Below are positions 11,055 to 20,425 of a DNA stretch of 64,000 bases, piece by piece. The notes beneath the pieces are model-generated. The model did not search any database, was not told the DNA's origin, and was given only the letters and a program-made list of their open reading frames with translations. The stretch is taken from contig JBFGJG010000014.1 in the NCBI GenBank assembly GCA_041577295.1, positions 17,317-81,316 on the forward strand, in the 5' to 3' direction. Each line of letters opens with the position of its first letter. The first letter of the stretch is position 1. Source of the DNA: Gemmatimonadales bacterium (GTDB taxonomy: Bacteria > Gemmatimonadota > Gemmatimonadetes > Gemmatimonadales > GWC2-71-9). The position numbers were made by a program, and so were the translations under genes.

Positions 11055-11142
11055 TGATCAGTGCTCGACTGCCCAAGAGGATGCTACTTTGCATACGTCG
11101 GTCCCGCAACGGTTCCTCCGTACTTCAGGGCAGCGAGTGGCG

Positions 11143-11937
11143 ATGCGACGTCGGTCGAACCAGTTCAAGGCGAGTGTGTACACCAAGCTGCATTGGGTCT
11201 CGGAGCTGTACGGCCGCCTCAAGAAGCCACGCGACGCCGGGATCCCGCTGCCACCCCTCGCCCCGCTCAAGGTGCGGCTGTCCCGCGCCCGTGTGGCGCT
11301 GCTCACGTCGGCAGGCGTGCACCATATCGATGACACACCGTTTGACATGGACGATCCCAACGGCGATGCCTCGTTTCGCATCATCGACGGGACACAGTCG
11401 ACGGACGTTTTGACCATTACCCACGATTATTACGACCACGAAGCGACCGACCAGGACATCAATTGCGTATTTCCATTGGACCGTCTGCGGGAGCTTGCAA
11501 TGCCTGGTCGGGTGGGGTCGGTTGCGCCCCGTCACGTGGGGTTCATGGGACACATCTTCGACGAACAGTGGGACCGGCTGGTCCACGACAGCGCACCCGC
11601 CATCGTGACGATGCTCCAGGAAGACGCCGTGGATGCCGTCGTGGCGTCGCCTGGGTGACCCACGTGTCACCAGTCCGTGGGACTGGTTGCCCGCGCCATC
11701 GAAGCATCAGGCATTCCCACGGTGACGCTGACCGTGATCAGTGGTATGACGGAAACGCTCCCCGCACCGCGCAACGTGCTCGTGCGATTCCGTATGGGTC
11801 AGGTGTTCGGCGAGCCTCACAGCGTTGCGCAGCAACGGACGATCTTGCTCGATGCTTTGGGTGCGCTCGCCACGATGCGCGAGCCGGGAGCCATCGTCGC
11901 ATTGCCGTATCGTTGGAAGCGAGAAACGTACGACTAG
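11143..11937 (+). CDS. Selenoprotein, glycine/betaine/sarcosine/D-proline reductase selenoprotein B family (GrdB/PrdB-like); UGA at 11656-11658 read as Sec
   Basis: Track ORFs 10987..11658 and 11677..11937 are in the same frame and join across one TGA to give DAVVASPG-U-PTCHQSVGLVARAIEASGIPTV (UxxC). Upstream motifs VALLTSAGVH, GDASFRII, HDYYDH, DINCVFPLDRLREL, HVGFMG. Hairpin immediately 3' of the UGA. Confidence 0.88.
11669..11687 (+). promoter_or_regulatory. Candidate bacterial SECIS element
   Basis: ACCAGTCC-GTG-GGACTGGT: 8-bp perfect stem with a G-U-G apical loop. The stem starts after a 10-nt spacer from the UGA and the loop lies 18 nt from it. Confidence 0.75.
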
Positions 11938-11982
11938 AATGCATGCGTTGACACACAACTTTGGATTGGAGACCTTCGCTCT

Positions 11983-13113
11983 ATGGGCTGGCGCGTTGCC
12001 GCGGTTGGTATGGTTGGGCTCGGTGTTCTCGTGGTAGCGGGCGAGACGCAATCCCAAGAACGTATGGGTCCGCGCGAGATGGGACTAACAGTTGGTGAGC
12101 TGACGCCGGGCCCTCTCAACGCCATCACGGATGTGCCCGGTGTGCTCGTCGGTCAGGTAACGTTGGCGCGCGGTGATTCGGTCAACACGGGTGTGACCGC
12201 CGTCCTTCCACACGCGGGGAATTCCTTTCGAGAAAAGGTGCCCGCCGCCATAGTGGTCGGAAACGGCTTTGGCAAGCTGATTGGGTTCACGCAAGTGCAA
12301 GAACTGGGCGAGTTGGAGTCGCCCATCGTTCTCACGTGCACGCTGTGCGCGCCGCGCGCGGCCGATGCAGTCATCACCTACCTGTTGTCGCTGCCTGGGA
12401 ACGAGCAGGTCCGGTCTGTGAATCCCGTGGTGGGCGAGACCAACGACGGGTTCCTGAACGACATCCGTTCCCGTCCCATAACCTCCGAGGATGTGTTGCA
12501 GGCCATCCGGGTCGCGCGTGGGGGAGCGGTGGAGCAGGGCAGCGTTGGCGCGGGTCGAGGAACGCGAACGATGGGCTGGAAGGGCGGCATTGGCACGTCG
12601 AGCCGCCGACTTTCCGAACGCCGCGGTGGGTGGACAGTGGGGGTGCTCGTTCAGAGCAACTTCTCGGACGGGTCGTTAACCGTTCGGGGCGCCCCGGTCG
12701 GTCAGGAGTTAGAGCGAGCCTACTTAAAGGAAAAAGATCCTGCGGAGCGTGAGGGTGGCTCGATCATGATCGTCGTGGCAACCGACGCGCCACTCGAGCA
12801 CCGCAACCTCGAGCGGCTGGCTCGGCGTGCACTAGCCGGTCTGGCACGTACGGGCAGTGCCATGAGCAACGGGTCCGGCGACTACGTCATCGCGTTCAGT
12901 ACGACCCGCGTCGCCCAGCTCGGCGCGGCTTCTTCAGTACGCAACGAGGAGATGAGCCCACTTTTCCAGGCCGTGATTGAGGCGACCGAGGAGGCCATCT
13001 ACAATTCATTATTCTTGGCAACGAGCGTGCGCGGTCATCGGGGAAACACCGACGCGCTGCCGCTCGATGCCACACGCGCCATCCTCCAACGACACGGAGT
13101 GCTGCGCCCATGA
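11983..13113 (+). CDS. DmpA-like aminopeptidase (peptidase S58/P1 family), with signal peptide
   Basis: GPLNAITDVPGVLVG, GNGFGKLIG, PVVGETNDGFLNDI, GWKGGIGTSSR, G|SIMIVVATDAP autoprocessing site, NGSGDYVIAFST. Confidence 0.92.
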   Translation: MGWRVAAVGMVGLGVLVVAGETQSQERMGPREMGLTVGELTPGPLNAITDVPGVLVGQVTLARGDSVNTGVTAVLPHAGNSFREKVPAAIVVGNGFGKLIGFTQVQELGELESPIVLTCTLCAPRAADAVITYLLSLPGNEQVRSVNPVVGETNDGFLNDIRSRPITSEDVLQAIRVARGGAVEQGSVGAGRGTRTMGWKGGIGTSSRRLSERRGGWTVGVLVQSNFSDGSLTVRGAPVGQELERAYLKEKDPAEREGGSIMIVVATDAPLEHRNLERLARRALAGLARTGSAMSNGSGDYVIAFSTTRVAQLGAASSVRNEEMSPLFQAVIEATEEAIYNSLFLATSVRGHRGNTDALPLDATRAILQRHGVLRP

Positions 13114-14342
13114 AGACGTCTTCTGCACCCCCGGCCTTCACACCCTCCAAGAATCTGGACCATCTGCGGCCGTCGGAGACGATGGCGATTAGCCAGGAAG
13201 CGCAGCGTCGCCGCAATGCTGGAGAGGACGTGATCGACCTGTCGGCGGGTGAGCCGGACTTCGATACACCCCGGTTGGTGGGGGACGCCGGTATCCGCGC
13301 CATCCAACAAGGCAAGACCCACTACCCCCCAAACCAGGGCATCCTCGAGCTCCGTGCGGCAGCCGCGCGGCACCTCTCACTCCTCTCGGGCGGTCGGCCC
13401 GTCAATGCGGACAATATCGTCGTCTCGACGGGGGCCAAGCAGGCGCTGTTCAATGCCGTGTTCGCGCTCTTTGGTCCAACCGACAGTGTCTTGATCCCGA
13501 GCCCGGCGTGGGTTTCCTACCCGCAGATGGTCCATCTCGCCCGAGCGAAGCCCGTGTTCGTGCCCGGTGACATCGAGTGGAGTTTGAAGGTGGGCGTGGA
13601 CGACCTCGATGCCGCAGCCGATGCCAACACAGCGGGGCTCATCCTGTGCAGCCCGGTGAATCCCACCGGCGCCGTGTACACACGCGCTGAGCTGAAGTCG
13701 ATTCTCGAGTGGGCGATGGACCGTGATATCTGGGTCATTGCGGACGAGATCTACCGGCGCATCCACTATGGACAGGGAGCTGCGCCCTCAACCCTGGACT
13801 TACCCGATGAGCTCCTGGAACGGGTCGTTCTCATCACCGGCGTGAGCAAGACGTACGCGATGACGGGGTGGCGGATCGGATTGGCGGTGGCACCCCGTGA
13901 CGTAGCCAAAGCCATGTCCGCGCTGCAAACCCACGTCACGAGCGGTGCATCACACCCGTCCCAGTATGCGGCGGCGACGGCCCTGGGTGAAGAGCGGGTC
14001 GAGCCCGATGTGACGCGGATGGTCGAGACATTTCGGAGCCGTCGGGATCTGGTGGTGTCATTCTTTCGCGAGCGCGTTCCGGGCGTAGAGTTCGTCGAGC
14101 CGATGGGCGCGTTCTACTTCTTCTTCCGCATCGACAGCGTGTTTCGCGATGGCATGACCAGCGCGGCAGATTTCTGTCAACGACTGTTGGCCGAGAAGGG
14201 TGTCGCGCTCGTTCCGGGAGATGCCTTTGGAGACAACCGATGGGTGCGGCTGTCGTTCGCGACGAGCGAGAAGCACATCCGACGCGCGCTCGATCGGATC
14301 GCCGATTTTCTGAGCAAGCTGCGCCTGTCTCGACAGGCGTGA
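13110..14342 (+). CDS. PLP-dependent class I/II aminotransferase (aspartate aminotransferase-like)
   Basis: GEPDFDTP, STGAKQAL, SPVNPTG, ADEIY, GVSKTYAMTGWRIG, VRLSFA. Confidence 0.93.
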   Translation: MKTSSAPPAFTPSKNLDHLRPSETMAISQEAQRRRNAGEDVIDLSAGEPDFDTPRLVGDAGIRAIQQGKTHYPPNQGILELRAAAARHLSLLSGGRPVNADNIVVSTGAKQALFNAVFALFGPTDSVLIPSPAWVSYPQMVHLARAKPVFVPGDIEWSLKVGVDDLDAAADANTAGLILCSPVNPTGAVYTRAELKSILEWAMDRDIWVIADEIYRRIHYGQGAAPSTLDLPDELLERVVLITGVSKTYAMTGWRIGLAVAPRDVAKAMSALQTHVTSGASHPSQYAAATALGEERVEPDVTRMVETFRSRRDLVVSFFRERVPGVEFVEPMGAFYFFFRIDSVFRDGMTSAADFCQRLLAEKGVALVPGDAFGDNRWVRLSFATSEKHIRRALDRIADFLSKLRLSRQA

Positions 14343-14349
14343 GGTTGGC

Positions 14350-16023
14350 ATGATCATGCGAGTGCGGCGCGTCCTTCTGGCGTGGGCTGGACTCGGACTC
14401 ACCACGTCACTCCTGTTCCCTTCGACGGCACGGGCACAGGCTCCGGAAACCGGTGTGCGCATTCTGCACAACGCCAAGTTCTGGACGGGGGATTCGACGC
14501 GGCCGTTTGTCGAAGCGGTCGCCGTGCGTGGTGCGCACATCGTGGCCGTCGGAACCGTGGCGGAGGTACGGGCGGCGGTTGGGGACGCCGCCGAAGAAGA
14601 TCAAGGCGGTCGCATGGTGGTTCCCGGTTTCATCGACACCCACACGCATTTCAACCGGGCGGGTGCGCTGCTTCTCGGGCTCAACCTGCTCGACGTGTCG
14701 AGTGACAGCCTGTTCCGCGTGCGTGTTGCCGAGGCTCACCGCCGTTTGCCCGTCGGCGCCTGGATGGTGGGTGGCGACTGGGGTGCGTATGACCTGAAGA
14801 GTGACTGGTCGCCGCGACGCGCGCTGCTCGACTCGCTCACGGGTGACCGGCCCGCGCTCATCACCAAGTGGGATCGCACGCAATACGTCGCAAACACCGC
14901 TGCCCTTGCCGCGGCGGGGCTGTTGCTGACGAATGAGATCGCGCCGCTCACCCGGGAAGAGGCACGACGGATCGAAGCCGTGATTCCTGCGCCCTCCTTT
15001 GAGCAGCGTTTGGTCGAGGCGCGGCTCGCGCTCAGCGATCTTTCCCGCCATGGGGTGACCACCATCCACGACAACACAGGGGCGGAGCAGATGCGGCTGT
15101 TCCAGCACCTGGCGCGGCGCGACTCATTGACCGTCCGCGTCTGCGCGCGGCCAACACTCGACCACTGGAACGATCTCGCAGCCGTTGGCGTCGAGACGCG
15201 GTTCGGCGACGAATGGGTGCGGGTGTGCGGCCTGAAGGGGTTCGTCGATGGTATCATGGGCAACTCCACCGCGCGCTTCCGGCTGCCATACGATCACATC
15301 CCCGGTGAGGTAGGTCGGTGGCGCACGATGATGGCGCCGCCGGGGAACATGGAGCATCTGATCCTCGCCGCGGACTCCGCGGGCTTGACGCCACAGATCC
15401 ACGCCATCGGCGATCTCGCGGTCGACACGTTGCTCGACATGTACGAGATGGCCATTCGCATCAACGGCGTGCGAGACCGCCGGTTCCGGATGATCCACGC
15501 TCAGGTGGTCGAGCCCGATGACTTCGCGCGGTTTGGTGCGCTGGGCGTCATCGCGGAAGTGCAACCGTTTCACGCGATCGACGACATGCGGTGGATGGAA
15601 GATCGCATTGGTCCGCGGTCCAAGGGGGCTTACGCGTTTCGATCGTTGAAGAATGGAGGCGCGCTGCTCGTGTTTGGCTCAGACTGGCCTGGGACGAATG
15701 CGTCATGGTATCCCGCAGATCCGCTCCTCGGCATCTACGCGGCGGTCACGAGGCAAACCGTGGATGGTCAGCCGTCGGGTGGGTGGTTCCCGGCCGAGAG
15801 GCTGACGGTGCAGGAAGCGCTCGAGGCGTACACGATAGCTCCCGCATACGCGGCCTTCGAAGAAGATTGGAAAGGGAAGCTCACCCCTGGTTACGTTGCG
15901 GATCTCGCCGTTTTGTCGCAGGATCTCTTCGCGATTCCGCCGAGCGCCATTCGCGACGCCCGGGTTCTCAAGACGATGGTCGGCGGCCGGTGGGTCTTCG
16001 AGCACGAGGCGCCCACGCCTTGA
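14350..16023 (+). CDS. Secreted amidohydrolase (YtcJ-like, amidohydrolase_3)
   Basis: Signal peptide; PGFIDTHTH, KGFVDG, IHAIGD, RMIHAQ, FGSDWP, GKLTPGYVADLAVL. Confidence 0.9.
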   Translation: MIMRVRRVLLAWAGLGLTTSLLFPSTARAQAPETGVRILHNAKFWTGDSTRPFVEAVAVRGAHIVAVGTVAEVRAAVGDAAEEDQGGRMVVPGFIDTHTHFNRAGALLLGLNLLDVSSDSLFRVRVAEAHRRLPVGAWMVGGDWGAYDLKSDWSPRRALLDSLTGDRPALITKWDRTQYVANTAALAAAGLLLTNEIAPLTREEARRIEAVIPAPSFEQRLVEARLALSDLSRHGVTTIHDNTGAEQMRLFQHLARRDSLTVRVCARPTLDHWNDLAAVGVETRFGDEWVRVCGLKGFVDGIMGNSTARFRLPYDHIPGEVGRWRTMMAPPGNMEHLILAADSAGLTPQIHAIGDLAVDTLLDMYEMAIRINGVRDRRFRMIHAQVVEPDDFARFGALGVIAEVQPFHAIDDMRWMEDRIGPRSKGAYAFRSLKNGGALLVFGSDWPGTNASWYPADPLLGIYAAVTRQTVDGQPSGGWFPAERLTVQEALEAYTIAPAYAAFEEDWKGKLTPGYVADLAVLSQDLFAIPPSAIRDARVLKTMVGGRWVFEHEAPTP

Positions 16024-16661
16024 GCGAGCACACGCGGCTCGAGGAGTACATCAGCAAGCTGTTCGCGCCGGAGGATTCCGTCCTCGCCGACATTCGCGAT
16101 CGTCACCCACGGGAAGGTCTCCCGGAAATCTTCATCTCCCCCGCAGAGGCCAAGCTGATCGTCGTGCTGCTCGTCGCCATTGGGGCAAGACGGGTGCTGG
16201 AGATCGGCACGTTGGGTGGATACAGCGGGGTGTGGTTTGCGCGCGCGTTGCCACCGGACGGGCGTCTCGTCACGATCGAGCACGACGCCGGGCACGCGCG
16301 CGTCGCCAAGGAGAGCTTCGCCGCAGCCGGTGTGTTGGATCGCGTCGATTTGCTGGAGGGCGAGGCGCTCGACATCCTGTCGACACTCGAGCCAGGGTTT
16401 GACGCCGTCTTCATCGACGCCGACAAGGCACCGATGGCGAGCTATTTCATGGAAGCGGTCCGCCTAGTTCGCGTCGGAGGCCTCGTTTTGTGCGACAATG
16501 CACTCATCGATGGCCGGGTGGTCGACGAGGGTGACACCCAACCCGACGTACAAGGTGTCCGGGCCTCCAACCGGCTCGCGGCAACCGATCCCCGCTTGCT
16601 CTCGACGCTCGTCCCTATCCGCGACGGGCTCACGATCAGCCTCAAGGTTGGGGGACCCTGA
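16020..16661 (+). CDS. SAM-dependent O-methyltransferase (COMT/CCoAOMT-like family 3)
   Basis: TTG start at 16020 overlapping the upstream stop; VLEIGTLGGYSG, FDAVFIDADK, GGLVLCDN, PIRDGL. Confidence 0.9.
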   Translation: MSEHTRLEEYISKLFAPEDSVLADIRDRHPREGLPEIFISPAEAKLIVVLLVAIGARRVLEIGTLGGYSGVWFARALPPDGRLVTIEHDAGHARVAKESFAAAGVLDRVDLLEGEALDILSTLEPGFDAVFIDADKAPMASYFMEAVRLVRVGGLVLCDNALIDGRVVDEGDTQPDVQGVRASNRLAATDPRLLSTLVPIRDGLTISLKVGGP

Positions 16662-17611
16662 CCACCACCTCCCGCCACCAGATTCGCGAAGCGCTCGTCC
16701 GGGCGCAGGGCACGGTCAGCGCAGGTCGCGCACGGACCCACGTGGGTCCTCCTCTGCAGTCGCCATTCGCCTCGGCCGAGCTCGTCGAGGGCGATCGCAT
16801 GCGCGCCATCGATGTTGGGGACGCTACCCCAGCGCCCAGCAGCGTCGCATTCCTCGACGGGATTCAGCGTTACGCCGTGGAAGGGCATCTTGGGATTATC
16901 CCCTTGGTGCGGGGTTACGTCGCCGCCGCCGTGTTGCGTCGAGAGGAACAGACCCTCAAGGCTGCGGCATCGCAGAACGAAGAGTTTCTGGTTGTGCCCG
17001 TGTCTCGTCTCACGCCAGCCCAGCACGCCGAGCTGACGGAGCTACCGCTTCCCCTGTATGACTGCACGGATGGAGAACGTAGTCACCCCATTCTCGACGT
17101 CCAGCTCGCCGCGGCGGTGGTCGAACGTCGCCGGGAACAGTTGGAGCGCCGCTTGGCAATTGACCATCTGGCAGGGGGCTGCGACGAATGGCTGGTGGTC
17201 GACGGTTCGATCGGGGATCTGGTGGGTGGCAAGATTGAGCGCCACGGTGTACTTGGCCTCGTCAAGAGTCACGACACGCAATTCCTGGATGGCGCCGATC
17301 TGGAAGTCGCGCTTACGCTGCTCCCAGGTTATCGGACGAGCGTCTTTGCCAGGCACGTTGGCGGACAAAAACCGGTGTTTACGTGGTATCTTCGGTTGTG
17401 GCCCTGGGAATCACATGATCTACTCTACGGCCTGGTGCGAATCGAACGAGCGCCGACTGATCAGACGGTGGCGGAGGCCTCGATGGTGAGTCGCTGGCTC
17501 GTGGCCGAACGTGCGCCGCTGGCAGCGCCCGATGAACGGTGGGACCGTCTCATCTATCCCATCCGCCAGGTCGAGGAGTACCTGCAGTCGCAGGTGGGAG
17601 GTTGGTGGTGA
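16658..17611 (+). CDS. NurA-like nuclease
   Basis: Acidic RNase-H-fold motifs VAFLDGIQR and LVVDGSI, GLVKSH, WYLRL, GLVRIE, terminal R..RLIYPIRQVEEYL; directly upstream of a HerA-type ATPase. Frame is open back to a CTG at 16658; the track start at 16742 is the alternative. Confidence 0.75.
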   Translation: MTTTSRHQIREALVRAQGTVSAGRARTHVGPPLQSPFASAELVEGDRMRAIDVGDATPAPSSVAFLDGIQRYAVEGHLGIIPLVRGYVAAAVLRREEQTLKAAASQNEEFLVVPVSRLTPAQHAELTELPLPLYDCTDGERSHPILDVQLAAAVVERRREQLERRLAIDHLAGGCDEWLVVDGSIGDLVGGKIERHGVLGLVKSHDTQFLDGADLEVALTLLPGYRTSVFARHVGGQKPVFTWYLRLWPWESHDLLYGLVRIERAPTDQTVAEASMVSRWLVAERAPLAAPDERWDRLIYPIRQVEEYLQSQVGGWW

Positions 17612-19548
17612 TCAAGTTGGGCACATCGCCCGTCGGGCGCGTCGTTGCCACCGAGGCGTTGCCCGCGAGTCCGCATCAGTTCCACTTCTGGACTGCCATC
17701 GAGACGCCGCTTGGCATCGGTGCGATTGTCCGCGTGGATGCCGAGAGCGGCCGCTGTGCGTACGCGGTCGTCATCGATGGGCGGGCCTATTCAGACCTCG
17801 CGACACCGCTGCACGACGTGGTTGCCGCGGAGGGTGATCCGTCCGGCTCGCCCGGTCCAACCCGTCGTACAGAGATCCGTCTGTGGACGGCCGCTGTGCT
17901 GCGTCAGGTGCCGGAAGAGCCTGTGCAGCCGGTGCCGCTTGCCGACGTGCACATGGCGACGGAGCAAGACGTGGCGATCGCGCTGCGGATGGACGCCTAT
18001 GCGCTGGTCGAGCCATCTACGGCCCTCCCGGTCGGCGTCTACCGCTCTGCCGGGCTCCAGGCACCGGTATCACTCGATGCCAACTTCCTGTTGGGCCCCG
18101 AGTCGGCACATCTCAACATCTCCGGTGTCTCCGGGCTCGCCACCAAGACGAGCGCCGTGTTGTTCTTTCTCACGAGCATCTTTCAGCGATTCCCCCGGGA
18201 GAAGGGTACCGTCGCCGCGGTCTGCTTCAACGTGAAGGGGCCGGACCTCTGCTTTCTCGATCAACCGGCGGCATTGGACGACGACGCGCGGAAGATCTAC
18301 GACACGTTGGGTGTCGACCCCAGGCCGTTCGCCAATGTGTGCTATCACGCTCCGTTCAAGCCAGACGGCGTGAATCTGAACACCCTTCGCTCGAATGTGG
18401 ATCTCGTGGGTTCGGTGCAACCACTGGTGTGGGGGCTACGCGAGGTACTGGACTATCACGAGGTGCTGCTGAACCGAGACGACATCGACGCCAAGGCCGA
18501 TGCGTTCCTCGATTTCCTGGCCGACCGGGTAGTCGGCAAGGAGTTTCAAGACGAATGGGGCGGCACCCATCGGGTTCGTAGCTTCGCCGATCTGGAGGTC
18601 TTGTTCCGTGCCATCTTCGATGGCTTGGAGAACGCGGGTCGCAGCGACATCTGGCGCACGCACCACATCGCGACCATTCGGAAGGTGCGCAATCGGTTGC
18701 TCAATATCTCCACCCGATGCAAGGGGTTGGTGACCGACGATGGGACCGTGAGCGACTTGCCCTTCGGAACCTTCGAAGATCGCAGCGTCCACGTCATCGA
18801 CGTCGCGGGCATGGATCAGCTCGGTCAGGACCTCGTGTTCACCCGCGTGGTCTCAAAGCTCCGCGAGCATCTCGAGCGCCGGGACCTCGGCGTTGACCAC
18901 GTGATCGTGTTCGTCGACGAGCTGAACAAGTACGCGCCCGGCGACGGACCCGAGACCTACGTGAAGAAGATGCTCCTCGATATTTCGGAGCGAGGCCGAT
19001 ACCTCGGGCTCGTGCTGTTCGCCGCGCAGCAGTTTCGCTCCCAGGTGCATCGCCGGGTCGTAGGAAACGCGGGGACGATGGTGTTCGGCCGGATGGACAT
19101 GGACGAGCTTGCCACGCCGGGCTACCAGATCCTCTCGCCCGCGACCCGAATCAAGCTCGCCACGCTCCCGAAGGGCGAGCTCATGGTCAGGCATCCCCAT
19201 TTCACTCAGCCGGTCTTCATTCGGTTTCCCCATCCACCGGTGCTCACGGGACCGGAGGGCATTGCGCGGTTTCCACCCGCCGTCGACGTCCCCTTCGACG
19301 ATGCCGTTGTTCGTCAACTGTCCGCCCTCGACCGGCGGGTGGCGCCAGCCAAGATCAAGGACGCCATTGCCGGGCGCCGCGAGGAGGACGTTCGTCGCGC
19401 GTTGCTGGCGACGAGACGCGTGCGTCCGGACGACGTGACCACATTCTTCATCACGAGTCTGGGTCCGGTCGTCCGGACGGCCAAGGTTGGTTCGGAGCCC
19501 GCGGCCGCACCGGGTCTCAGGAGCGTTGAGGATCCCTATGCGCCCTAA
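17608..19548 (+). CDS. HerA-like (HerA/FtsK superfamily) ATPase/DNA translocase
   Basis: GTG start overlapping the nurA stop; N-terminal HAS-barrel-like region; variant Walker A HLNISGVSGLATKTS; FNVKGPD; Walker B VIVFVDELNKY; ERGRYLG; AAQQ. Confidence 0.85.
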   Translation: MIKLGTSPVGRVVATEALPASPHQFHFWTAIETPLGIGAIVRVDAESGRCAYAVVIDGRAYSDLATPLHDVVAAEGDPSGSPGPTRRTEIRLWTAAVLRQVPEEPVQPVPLADVHMATEQDVAIALRMDAYALVEPSTALPVGVYRSAGLQAPVSLDANFLLGPESAHLNISGVSGLATKTSAVLFFLTSIFQRFPREKGTVAAVCFNVKGPDLCFLDQPAALDDDARKIYDTLGVDPRPFANVCYHAPFKPDGVNLNTLRSNVDLVGSVQPLVWGLREVLDYHEVLLNRDDIDAKADAFLDFLADRVVGKEFQDEWGGTHRVRSFADLEVLFRAIFDGLENAGRSDIWRTHHIATIRKVRNRLLNISTRCKGLVTDDGTVSDLPFGTFEDRSVHVIDVAGMDQLGQDLVFTRVVSKLREHLERRDLGVDHVIVFVDELNKYAPGDGPETYVKKMLLDISERGRYLGLVLFAAQQFRSQVHRRVVGNAGTMVFGRMDMDELATPGYQILSPATRIKLATLPKGELMVRHPHFTQPVFIRFPHPPVLTGPEGIARFPPAVDVPFDDAVVRQLSALDRRVAPAKIKDAIAGRREEDVRRALLATRRVRPDDVTTFFITSLGPVVRTAKVGSEPAAAPGLRSVEDPYAP

Positions 19549-20425
19549 GTGGGTGGCTGGGTTGCTCGCCAGTGCGCTCTGGGCGGTGCCCGCGGTCGCG
19601 CAGGACAGTCTCACGCTGCGCTACCAGCCGCCGGAGGGAATGTCGGTCCGCACGGTGGCGTGGACGGACATGACGTTGACCATTGGGGAGAGTCGACCAG
19701 ACGCGTTTGGCGCGGACAGCGTCACCATCGAGATCGCGGAGCTCGAAAGCCTCACCGAGTTCGTGCGTGAAGCGCGGGACGACTACTTCGTGGTGGAGGT
19801 CATGTTCGACTCCGTCCGGGCGCGCTATCGCCCCAGAGGAGGCGAGTGGCAATTCGTGGCGGACTCGAACGCGCGGCCGGTGAGCGGCCGGATGGCGGTC
19901 GATGCGCGGCGGCGCGTCGGTGAGATCGCGTTGGACGACCCAGGCATGGTGCAGCTCTCCACGGCCCGCCGCCTCCGGAGCTTGACCCGCTGGTTGTCGC
20001 TCGCGCTGCCAGCGGAGCCGGTTGCGGCGCATTCGCAGTGGACCGCGGATGTGGTTTTTCCCGTCAACACACCCGAAGAGCTTGCGGATGTGATTCGCAC
20101 GCCGGCGCTCGACCTGCGCGGATTCGCGACGATCGCGGTCGACAGTATAGTCCCCACCGGTACCGATACGCTGGCCTATCTGCGTTTCGATGGTGTGCTC
20201 GTACCCCCGGAAGCGACGCACGGACTGGAAGCGGCACTCCGTGTCCGAGAGCTCGACGCCTCGTTCGCCGGTTCCTACGTGTGGTCCACTGGGTGGAACA
20301 CGTACGTGTCGGGAGCCACTCGTCTGCTCATGGATCTCACCTTGCTCGAAGGAACGGTCCGTGGTGTGCTGGAGGGAATGGAAGTGCATTTCGACTCGCT
20401 CTTTCGCTTCCAGGTGCGGCCGTGA
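19538..20425 (+). CDS. Uncharacterised secreted beta-rich protein, paralog A
   Basis: ATG 19538; signal peptide ending AVA|QDS; overlaps both neighbours; collinear similarity to the next gene. Confidence 0.75.
   Translation: MRPKWVAGLLASALWAVPAVAQDSLTLRYQPPEGMSVRTVAWTDMTLTIGESRPDAFGADSVTIEIAELESLTEFVREARDDYFVVEVMFDSVRARYRPRGGEWQFVADSNARPVSGRMAVDARRRVGEIALDDPGMVQLSTARRLRSLTRWLSLALPAEPVAAHSQWTADVVFPVNTPEELADVIRTPALDLRGFATIAVDSIVPTGTDTLAYLRFDGVLVPPEATHGLEAALRVRELDASFAGSYVWSTGWNTYVSGATRLLMDLTLLEGTVRGVLEGMEVHFDSLFRFQVRP

Noticed and set aside
11656..11658. Nonsense mutation / pseudogene reading of the TGA
   Set aside because: The TGA sits at the family's Sec position in UxxC and is followed by a SECIS-like hairpin; recoding is more parsimonious.
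17608..19548. HerA as part of a known anti-phage system (Sir2-HerA, DUF4297-HerA) or a conjugative VirB4/VirD4
   Set aside because: No Sir2/DUF4297 or T4SS genes nearby; NurA/Mre11/Rad50 context and housekeeping surroundings favour DNA repair.
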